Source: Ignavibacteriota bacterium (GTDB lineage: Bacteria > Bacteroidota > Ignavibacteria > UBA10030 > UBA6906). Taken from it: DNA of 64,000 nucleotides. Of this stretch, positions 20,205-28,514 are shown piece after piece (the stretch's first letter is position 1; each line of letters opens with the position of its first letter). A model generated the notes under the pieces. The model was not told where the DNA came from. It saw nothing but the letters and a program-made list of their open reading frames with translations, and made no database searches. The stretch covers positions 1,024,001 to 1,088,000 of the forward strand of contig CAWDEM010000008.1 in NCBI GenBank assembly GCA_963801355.1, in the 5' to 3' direction. The translations under genes and the position numbers were made by a program.

Positions 20205-22310
20205 TCAGAGCAACCCGCGCTTCTTCAATAACGGTTCAATCGTGGGCTTCTTTCCCCTGAATCGCTCATACAAAACCATCGGGTCTTCCGTACCTCCCAT
20301 TTCGAGGATATTCTTCCGGAAAGCCGTGGCTGTGGCAGGGTCAAACAGACCTTTCTCTTTGAATGCCTCGAAAGCATCCGCATCCAGCACCTCGGCCCAG
20401 ATGTAGCTGTAGTATCCTGCGCTGTACCCACCCGAAAAAACGTGGGCAAAGTACGGACTCCGGTAGCGGGAAACGATTTCCGGAATCAGACGGATGCGTG
20501 CCATCGACGAGTCTTCGAAGGCCGATGCATCTACCAGTGTTGTATCCGTAAGCGTGTGCCAGTCCAGATCCAGAAGCGACGCGGCGAGGTACTCCACCGA
20601 TGTGAAGCCCTGGTTGAATGTCTCACTCTTGACGATCTTCTGGATCAGCGCATCGGGTATCGGTGCATCCGTGGCATAGTGCCGTGCATACGATCTCAGC
20701 ACATCCGGATGACGGGCCCAGTTCTCCATGATCTGGGATGGCAGTTCGATGCCATCACGCGGAAGTCCAGTATTGTGGTAGCTCCTCTGCGACAGCAGGC
20801 CTGACAGAGCATGACCGAATTCATGAAACAGTGTCTCTACTTCCTCGAGACTGAGAAGCGCGGGTTTCCCGGCTGTCGGACCGGAAAAATTGCCAACGTT
20901 GTACACAACGGGTGTTACTACGCTGTCCCCGATTCGCCCGTACGAGCGGAATGAACCCATCCATGCGCCCGGTCTCTTCCCACCGCGAAGGAAGTAGTCA
21001 GTATATAGCACGCCGATATGAGACCCATCTTGGTCTTTCACTTCGAACACCTGCACATCGTCGGCGTATCCGGGAATGTCCTTTCGCTCGATGAACCGAA
21101 TGCCATACAGTTTCGACGCCACGTCAAACGCACCTTGCCGGACGTTTTCCATTTTGAAGTACGGACGAAGGGCTTCCTCGTCCAGATCATACTCGGCCAT
21201 CTTGATCTTCTCGGCATAGTACCACCAATCCCACGATGCCAGGGTGAACGTACCGCCTTCCTTCCTGATCATGTTCTGCATCGCGTCGCGTTCCTTTTGC
21301 GCGACAACGAGTGCCGGCTCCCAGAGCTTGTACAGAAACTCAAACACGGTCTTGGGATTTTTCGCCATGTTCTCTTCCAGCACATAGTCTGCATGTGTCC
21401 GGTACCCCAGCAGCTGTGCCCTCGCAACACGCAACGCTGCGATGCGTTCGACGAGTCGTTTGTTGTCAAAGCTGTTGTTGTTGTCCCCGCGGCTGCAATA
21501 CGCACGGTACAGCTTCTCACGTAAGGCCCTGTTCGTCGCATATTGCATGAACGGAATCCAACTTGGCTTTTGAAGGGTAAACACCCATTTCCCCTCGAGA
21601 GAGGCCTTCGTGGCTGCAGCCGCCGCCGCATCTACAACGGCCGGCGGCAGACCGTTCAGGTCTTCCTTTTTATCGACGACCATCTTGTATGTATTGGTTT
21701 CCTTCAGAAGATTCTGATTGAACTTGAGCGAGAGCATGGAGAGTTCATCGTTGATCTTCCGGAGACGCTGCTTGTCCGGCGCCAAGAGGTTGGCTCCCCC
21801 GCGCACAAAGTCCTTGTACGTGTTATCCAGCAACATTGATTGCTCTGGAGTAAGAGACAACGCTTTCCTGTTTTCATGGACGGTTTTTATCCGCAGGAAG
21901 AGCTGTTCATCCAGTGCAATATCGTTCCTGTGGCTCGTCAACAGAGGGGTGGTGATATTGGCTATGCTATCAAGCTGGTCATTGGTAATTGCTCCCCGGA
22001 GGGCGCCGAACACTCCGCTGACCCGGCTTAACAGGTCGCCGCTGCGGTCAAGAGCAACGATCGTATTTTCAAATGACGGGGCAGAGCGGACAGTAGTGAT
22101 CACCCGAATCTCACGTTTTTGTTCGTCCATCCCCTTCTGCAATGCGGGAAGGAAATGCGCCGGGAGAATACCCTGGAAAGGGGGCGTTTCAAACGGCGTC
22201 CCGTATGGTGCGAGGAATGGGTTGCCGTCAGATGGGGATGCAACGGACGGACAGGCAATCATGGCTGCGAGCATCAACAGGGACAGGGCGGTGACCAGCA
22301 GGTGTTTCAT
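20205..22310 (-). CDS. dcp: M3 family metallopeptidase (peptidyl-dipeptidase Dcp-like)
   Basis: NPFL..Y.TPFETPPF, GKRPGAWM, TLFHEFGHAL, ELPSQIMENW, FSGGYSAGYYSYIWAEVLDADAF. Confidence 0.92.
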   Translation of the reverse strand: MKHLLVTALSLLMLAAMIACPSVASPSDGNPFLAPYGTPFETPPFQGILPAHFLPALQKGMDEQKREIRVITTVRSAPSFENTIVALDRSGDLLSRVSGVFGALRGAITNDQLDSIANITTPLLTSHRNDIALDEQLFLRIKTVHENRKALSLTPEQSMLLDNTYKDFVRGGANLLAPDKQRLRKINDELSMLSLKFNQNLLKETNTYKMVVDKKEDLNGLPPAVVDAAAAAATKASLEGKWVFTLQKPSWIPFMQYATNRALREKLYRAYCSRGDNNNSFDNKRLVERIAALRVARAQLLGYRTHADYVLEENMAKNPKTVFEFLYKLWEPALVVAQKERDAMQNMIRKEGGTFTLASWDWWYYAEKIKMAEYDLDEEALRPYFKMENVRQGAFDVASKLYGIRFIERKDIPGYADDVQVFEVKDQDGSHIGVLYTDYFLRGGKRPGAWMGSFRSYGRIGDSVVTPVVYNVGNFSGPTAGKPALLSLEEVETLFHEFGHALSGLLSQRSYHNTGLPRDGIELPSQIMENWARHPDVLRSYARHYATDAPIPDALIQKIVKSETFNQGFTSVEYLAASLLDLDWHTLTDTTLVDASAFEDSSMARIRLIPEIVSRYRSPYFAHVFSGGYSAGYYSYIWAEVLDADAFEAFKEKGLFDPATATAFRKNILEMGGTEDPMVLYERFRGKKPTIEPLLKKRGLL

Positions 22311-22527
22311 TACTTGCTCCGGATTGTATACGATCTTGACGTGAGATTAACGGACTGTAATATACGTCATTCCCTTCACATCCTCACCAAAGAAATACTG
22401 ATTGGGCTCTTGCGCGGGAAGCTCTGGAATGTTGGGGCCGGATTGCTTTGATCAGAATTGACGGAGATGTGTGGGACAGCAATGATTCCCACGATGTCAC
22501 TCGAAGTGTGAGAGACGCAGAGGAGTT

Positions 22528-23781
22528 TCAGTACTTACGTTTCACCTTCTTTCGTAGCGTGGCAAGGTACGCAAGCTGAAACGGCATGTGTCCTTCCAGA
22601 ACAATCAAGAACTCTTTACTGAAGTGCCGATTGTACCGTGCCGCCGCCTCCATGATGAGCAGATCGCAGCTCTGAACGATGAGGGGGATGAGCCCGGATT
22701 GACCCGGGGATTCTCCGCCATTCATCTCTCGGGCAATTCGCTCGACAAAATCAAACAGCCGCATTGTTATGCCATCGAGATTGCCTTCCCGCGACGCTCG
22801 CAAGAAGCACGTTGAGTGCTCCACGCCGCCGTCTTCTTCCATATCCTGGAGGTCATCGATGAGCTGAAGCATCACACCATACTTGAATAGGACCCGGCAA
22901 TTGTGTTCGCTGAGACGCCCTTCCACAAGGAACGCATCGGCCAGGACCGAGGTCCCTCCCTTTTCGATTGAGAGTGCAAGCAGCGCCTCTTCCCTTTCGT
23001 GCCCGGGCTTCGCCTGGAGACGAATACTCCGTTCTTGGGCAGCGTGGATCGCACAAAGGGCCGAGGCCACGTCGGGGTATACTGAACGAGGGTACTCCTG
23101 ATCGATCATGGACAGGAGCCGATCCACCGTCACGCAAATCCTGCTGCCCCTGTCATTAGGCTCGCCCGCAAGCCGCCGTGTGAGCCAGTGCAGAAACGCC
23201 TGCTTCTCTTCCGGTGTCCGGAGCGGGTCATCCAGCCAATTATCTGTATAGGGATAGAGCAGACTGTATGCGAATGAGGAAGGAGTCATGCAGACCCGCC
23301 GTCCGAGGAAGCATTGCAGGCTGTTGAAGACCCACAAATTGCGCAGCGCCTGACGGATGTCATGCGGTGTAATCCGGGGGTCAAATCTCTCCGCCTCTTT
23401 GATGAATTCTTCCGCGGCGCGTTCACAATCGTCAAAGAATTGCTTCGTGGAGGCAGACCCATCGCGGGAGAACAACTTCAGGATTGCTGTTCTGACGGGC
23501 GACCAGACCTCAGAGCGTCGTTCCTCCGGGAAGCTCCTGTAGTCTCTGGGCACGTCGGGGGCTTTCAAGAGAAACCGCTCCAGCTCTTTTTCCTTTTCGA
23601 TCTGCTCCTGCCGCGTGAATCGTTTCATCGACCCGGGGATGTGTCCGATCGTGCGGTTCCAGGTATCCGCGCACTCCAGCGTAAGGCGCGGGACCGTGCG
23701 GGAAAACGCCTTGGTGTCCGGCGGCTCAATTGGCGCGTCGGCTTGCGGCATACCTTTCATCTCAACACCTGCAATCCCCAT
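22528..23781 (-). CDS. Class I isoprenoid synthase/terpene synthase-like protein (start uncertain)
   Basis: Asp-rich motifs YTDNWLDD and LQLIDDLQD, plus EKGGTSV; largely helical. Confidence 0.65.
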   Translation of the reverse strand: MGIAGVEMKGMPQADAPIEPPDTKAFSRTVPRLTLECADTWNRTIGHIPGSMKRFTRQEQIEKEKELERFLLKAPDVPRDYRSFPEERRSEVWSPVRTAILKLFSRDGSASTKQFFDDCERAAEEFIKEAERFDPRITPHDIRQALRNLWVFNSLQCFLGRRVCMTPSSFAYSLLYPYTDNWLDDPLRTPEEKQAFLHWLTRRLAGEPNDRGSRICVTVDRLLSMIDQEYPRSVYPDVASALCAIHAAQERSIRLQAKPGHEREEALLALSIEKGGTSVLADAFLVEGRLSEHNCRVLFKYGVMLQLIDDLQDMEEDGGVEHSTCFLRASREGNLDGITMRLFDFVERIAREMNGGESPGQSGLIPLIVQSCDLLIMEAAARYNRHFSKEFLIVLEGHMPFQLAYLATLRKKVKRKY

Positions 23782-24035
23782 TCGTGTCACTCCGTTATCC
23801 TGCAATTGAGTCTGGGAGCAGATCCCCCGCACGCAGTTTGCTCATGATTACTTGTACGAGTGTTTGAGCAAATCGTGTCATTTGTCCGGGCAGGCCAATG
23901 GAATCTCAATGAAGAGATGGAGCTGCTGGATGTTCCAATGTGAATATATGCTCCCCTCCCCCGAGAATCAAGCAGCAGCCACTCTTGACTTCCGCACACT
24001 TGATTTCCGCAGCTGTAATGGCGTTCTTTTGGCAG

Positions 24036-24815
24036 ATGACCGCCCAATCGAAAACAACCCTGCTCATTCCTGTCCTGGCGCTCGCAATCACTTGCAGCAC
24101 GGCACAGACATCGGTAACCAGCGCAGGGATCCTGTCACCGGACTCCGCCATCACAAGCGAAGATGTGAGGTTTTCCACATGGAAGCATCCTCACATGACG
24201 GTTGTTGAGGTGCCTGATACCCTGACCTTTCTCTATCTCCCGCGGAACGATGTACCTCTGGATTCAATCGCCCGGCGGGAGAAATTCCGGGCGGTGATTA
24301 ACGGCTCATTCTTTGATGGAACCCGGGGAAATGCGAGTCACGCGGGCTGGTTGTCAATGTACGGCATGAATGTGACCCCCATGATGGATGACAGACAGTT
24401 GACACACGTCGTTCGGATTGATGGATCAAAGCGCAGGGTCAACTTCTTGCCCGTTGTTTCGTTCGTGCCTTCGAAAGATCGGCATCTGCTTGAGTTCCAG
24501 ACCGGCCCGCTCATTATCGAGAATGGCAGAATTCGGGAAGACTTAATTCGTTCATCGATCAACGGGTCATCCAGACACACCCGATCCCTTCTGGCCACAC
24601 TCAATCATCGCCGTTGCTTCTTCATCACCGTGACTGACCGGGTGACCCTGACCGATCTCGCTGCCACACTTCTTCATCTCAGCGTCTTCATCCGAGGCAG
24701 GCTTGACGTTGTCGACCTTGACGGTGGTTCATCCGTCGCCCTCTACCTCAAGGGTGCTCCCGGCTTCAATTTTAACGTCCGCGATCGGCTTCCGATTCTG
24801 ATCGGATTCCGTTAG
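24036..24815 (+). CDS. Phosphodiester glycosidase (NAGPA/DUF2233) family protein
   Basis: INGSFF, GPLIIENG, TRS and LDGGSS motifs; signal peptide. Confidence 0.8.
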   Translation: MTAQSKTTLLIPVLALAITCSTAQTSVTSAGILSPDSAITSEDVRFSTWKHPHMTVVEVPDTLTFLYLPRNDVPLDSIARREKFRAVINGSFFDGTRGNASHAGWLSMYGMNVTPMMDDRQLTHVVRIDGSKRRVNFLPVVSFVPSKDRHLLEFQTGPLIIENGRIREDLIRSSINGSSRHTRSLLATLNHRRCFFITVTDRVTLTDLAATLLHLSVFIRGRLDVVDLDGGSSVALYLKGAPGFNFNVRDRLPILIGFR

Positions 24816-24956
24816 ATTTTCCTCTATTTCAGCCCGAAAAGTCCAACTCTCCGCTTGCTACGCCCCAAAGCAGAAATTCATTTCTGAGGGCACACAGTGA
24901 ACAAAAGTTTATTATCTTTGACCGAGAGGTTCCACACCCCCTGAAAGGAGGCATTC

Positions 24957-25586
24957 ATGAAGACTCCTTCTTCTGCAGTGCTGATCCTGCTTCTTCTGTT
25001 ATCTGGATGTACAGCGTCCCATCGGGCCGTTGTCCCTGACCCCCAGAGTGAACTTATTCGCCTCACACCACTTCCCCCCTTGACCGGTTATGCGATAGCG
25101 CTCGGTGCGAAGTTGAGTGCTCTCTTTCATATCCTGCCTGATGGAAGCGTCAAGGAAGTTACGCTGGGACGATCCAGCGGGGATTCGGAGTGGGACGGCC
25201 TTGCCCTCGATTCGCTGAAACTGTGGCGCTTCGCGCCGTTGAAGGGCGGTGAACAGCCCGCGGATCGCTGGGTCCGATACGCTATTGTCGTGCAGGTCCA
25301 GGAACCGGTGGTGATGCACTTGGCGGAAATGGTTATTCCTACTCAACGCAAGGCGGACTCACTGTATGCGCTGCTGGTGGGCGGGACGGATTTTGAATCG
25401 CTCGCTCGGTCTGCGTTGTCTGGCGGAGGAGAAGGATCATGGAAGCCGGTGGAAGCAGCGAACCTCGCACAGTACCCCGATCATGTGCGAGAGCCAGTCA
25501 GCAAGTTGCGCGCCGGCAAGGTTACCGAACCGATACGTCTCGGGCTGAACTACGTGATCTTCAAACGGTATCGTTCGCCTGAGTAG
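24957..25586 (+). CDS. Lipoprotein: TonB C-terminal-like domain fused to a parvulin (PpiC)-like domain
   Basis: Lipobox LSGC; ILPDGSVKEV...SSGDSEWD..A...LKLWRFAP; then ADSLY..L..G.DFESLAR...VTEPIRLG..YVIFKR. Confidence 0.75.
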   Translation: MKTPSSAVLILLLLLSGCTASHRAVVPDPQSELIRLTPLPPLTGYAIALGAKLSALFHILPDGSVKEVTLGRSSGDSEWDGLALDSLKLWRFAPLKGGEQPADRWVRYAIVVQVQEPVVMHLAEMVIPTQRKADSLYALLVGGTDFESLARSALSGGGEGSWKPVEAANLAQYPDHVREPVSKLRAGKVTEPIRLGLNYVIFKRYRSPE

Positions 25587-25658
25587 CCACTGCAGGCAAC
25601 CGAGCGCCCTGGCTTTCCACGAGAGGATATTTCGGGACGGCACTGAGACAAAACCACA

Positions 25659-25690
25659 AAGGCCCGGCGCACATTCCGGGCCTTGTGTTT
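25659..25690 (+). terminator. Hairpin terminator between convergent genes
   Basis: AAGGCCCGG-N8-CCGGGCCTT followed by GTGTTT. Confidence 0.6.
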
Positions 25691-25761
25691 GCCTCCCATG
25701 ACCAGGTTGAATCTCGATTACACGGAAACGGCTGGGCGCCCCTTTATTCGTCGGATATTGG

Positions 25762-27466
25762 CTACTTCACAAGAGACACGCTGCGCGTCTGCACAAACGG
25801 TCCCGCTCCGCTCTTGGAGTCACGCCCGAGGGAGAAGTCCAGAGGGCGGACTTGTAACCTGTAGAAGTATACTCCGCTTGACAGCCCCGAAGCATCGAAT
25901 GCCACGGCATGATACCCCGCATCCATCTCGTTGCGCACGAGCGACGCCACTTGTTGGCCCAGTGTATTGAACACGGTGAGCGTCACATGTGCACGAACGG
26001 GCAGACCGTAGCGGATCGTTGTACTCGGATTGAAAGGGTTCGGGTAGTTCTGGTTGAGCACGAACGTGGGGGGAATCTCATACTGATCGCTTACCGTCGT
26101 GTACGACACGGTGAAACTGCGCCGCTCGCTGAACGGTCCCCAACCCGCAAGATTCCCTCCGCGCACACGCCAGTAGTACGGCGTGTTATTGCGAAGGTTG
26201 TGGACCACTTTCGAAGTGTCCGTTAGCGCGGAGTCGATGAACGTCGAAGCCACGAATAAGGAATCCGTTGAGATTTCAAACCAATCCCACCATGATGGGG
26301 AGATTCGCCAAACGCACTTGACGCTGTCACTTGAGACGCTTGCATTGTTCAAAGGCGCTATCAACGTGATCGCGGGGGGAACGGGCGCCATCGTCGTGAA
26401 GGACCAGGTGGGGGAGAACTCCCCGGCACCGCTGGCGTTCTTGGCCCGGACGTGCCAGTAGTATTTCGTGCTATACGCGAGGCTATTCAAGACTGCGAAA
26501 TTGTCGATAAGAGTGGAATCGGAAAAAACAACGCCGGACGCAAAGCTGCTGCTGGTACCGGCCTGGAGCCAGTAGGATGTTGCACCGGCAGTGCGAAACC
26601 AGCCCAATGTGGATGTGACTGCCAGATTTGTTGCGTTGTCCGACGGAGCTTCCAGCGTTACTGTCCCGGGACGTGTCGGAGAGACGGACGATTCGTATGC
26701 CAGCGCAGCGTTCAGCATTTGCTGAACCAATTGTGGCGCTACCAATGTTGTCGCAGCGGCATTGGGGTGGCTGTCCGTGGATCCGGCGGCAAGCGAGAGC
26801 GGCAGCATCCCGTCAGCGCCGGCGAGGTGATGGAAGAAATCGAATACGAAGATATTGCTCCGGAAATGTTCCGACGAGAGGATCCAGGCCGGCCGCAAGA
26901 GTGTCCTTGGCCCAGCGGCAGAAGGAGTTCGAGAGCGCTGCCTCAGAGGCATTTGTGTTGCCTGCCACCAGAGGAGCGTTTGTCCAGATGACGAAGAAAT
27001 TCTGAGGTCGTCGTTTCATTACGGAGACCAGAGAACGCCAATGCCACTTGTAATTCGCGGTGCTCTTTATCGTTGGACTCAGCGTGTCCGCGTTCGAACC
27101 GGGACCGGACATGTTGGACGAAGGGAAACAGGACTTGATCATGATTACGGGATAGGCGGCCAGGAACGAGTTGATGTCGTTCGAAGCGTCCTTGTTGTCG
27201 AAGATGTTGTGCCAGGTAACCCATTCGTTATCATCGGAAGGCCACCAGGTTTCGATCATCTTCATGGAATCGGATCCCACCAGACTATGCGACCTGTTGT
27301 ATTTTGCGATCTCTCCCGGCACCGAGATCTGTCCGCCATTCGGTCCCCAGATGCAGCCGCCCGTTGAATGGTGGAGGAACACGCCCGACCGGAAGCGCGT
27401 CTGACCGAATGAAGTGACTGCTATCAAAACCAGAACAACACACAGGTAACATCTCCGGAGAATCAT
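25762..27466 (-). pseudogene. Secreted T9SS protein with SGNH-like N-terminal domain and FN3-like repeats, frameshifted near 26860
   Basis: FLHHSTG, IMIKSCFP, WTNAP, FVFDFFH, DSHPN; two YYWxVR domains; QNYPNPFNP. Removing one G joins GTFP to SNIFVFDFF. Confidence 0.75.
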
Positions 27467-27507
27467 AAGTCAGTCCTTTTTCGACATTTCTATCCGCCGC
27501 ATAGAAA

Positions 27508-27523
27508 AGCAAACCTCGTGCCA
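27508..27523 (-). promoter_or_regulatory. Sigma54 (-24/-12) promoter
   Basis: Minus strand TGGCAC-GAGGT-TTGCT, exact consensus spacing, about 40 nt upstream of ATG 27466. Confidence 0.7.
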
Positions 27524-27663
27524 CAAATCTTCGACGTTGGAACAGCTTGCGGGGGGGGGTAATGTCCAAGTGTGACTCTGGCGGAAGCACCTGGAGGCAG
27601 AAGAGCCGGCCAGATCTATAGGGTTTTCAATCCGAACGATTGCATTGTAATGAACTGATCTCG

Positions 27664-28008
27664 TTAAAGACTGAGGATACTCCTCAGTCCTCTGTCGATC
27701 TTCTGCATGGTCTCCGATCTCATGTTACCACGCTTCTCAATTAGCCTGGCCTGGTCTACAGCTTTTACCTGATCGCACAACACGATGCAGTCTTTGCTCG
27801 TGCCTCCCTCACCCCTCTTTACTGCAATGTGGATAATGTCTGCGGGGAGATTCACGCCTTCCGTGATTGGGCAAACAATCACAAGAGAAGAATATTGGTT
27901 GAAGGTGTTTGACGAGACGATCACACATGGCCTGGTTTTTCGGATTTCCACTCCGACAGATGGATCGGGCTTCACCTCATAGGTTTCACCGCGTTGGGCA
28001 TAGTTCAT
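27664..28008 (-). CDS. mazF: Type II toxin, PemK/MazF family endoribonuclease
   Basis: RGE.Y.V..DPSVGVEIRKTRPCVIVS...VIVCPIT...LCDQVKAVD. Confidence 0.92.
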   Translation of the reverse strand: MNYAQRGETYEVKPDPSVGVEIRKTRPCVIVSSNTFNQYSSLVIVCPITEGVNLPADIIHIAVKRGEGGTSKDCIVLCDQVKAVDQARLIEKRGNMRSETMQKIDRGLRSILSL

Positions 28009-28265
28009 TCGGTCCTCGTTTCAAACCCTGCCCATTCAGGAGAAAACTTCTTGTTGAATTCACGGTAATTCACACACGCTTCTGCGAGTTCCTTTTCCAG
28101 CAATTCCCTCTCTTTGTTCTCGACGAATTGCCGAATGGCCTCGCGCATGAGTTGACTTAGATCGACTCCCAGATCCTTGGCAACGATTTCTGCCCGTCCG
28201 GCAAGATCGGCAGGCAAAAGAAAATTCTTACGCAACTTATGTTCACTAGCGGCAAGGGTTCGCAA
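28005..28265 (-). CDS. Ribbon-helix-helix antitoxin (start TTG 28265; ATG 28277/28283 possible)
   Basis: KNFLLP.DL...LSQLMREAIRQF, ATGA overlap with the toxin, SD GGAGGA. Confidence 0.8.
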   Translation of the reverse strand: MRTLAASEHKLRKNFLLPADLAGRAEIVAKDLGVDLSQLMREAIRQFVENKERELLEKELAEACVNYREFNKKFSPEWAGFETRTE

Positions 28266-28323
28266 AGCATCCTCCATCCACATGAAATACACACATCAAA
28301 TATACATATATAATTGTGCACTA

Positions 28324-28352
28324 AATATACGCCGAACAAGGTGTATTGTCAA
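28324..28352 (-). promoter_or_regulatory. Sigma70-like promoter of the TA operon
   Basis: TTGACA-N17-TATATT. Confidence 0.75.
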
Positions 28353-28422
28353 CTGTTATATCCTACACCCTTTATTGTTCCTTTAAGATATTATATGTCA
28401 ATTAGTTATGCACACAGTAGCC

Positions 28423-28485
28423 GGGGTAAGACCCGGACCAATTGTCAGTAGTCTATCGACAATCGTCAATCGGTGCGGTCGCACC
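28423..28485. repeat. REP-like palindrome, copy 5 (degenerate)
   Basis: GGGGTAAGACCCGGACCAATTGTCAGTAGTCTATCGACAATCGTCAATCGGTGCGGTCGCACC. Confidence 0.75.
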
Positions 28486-28514
28486 TCTATTTCAGGAATA
28501 GTGAATCGTGGCGC

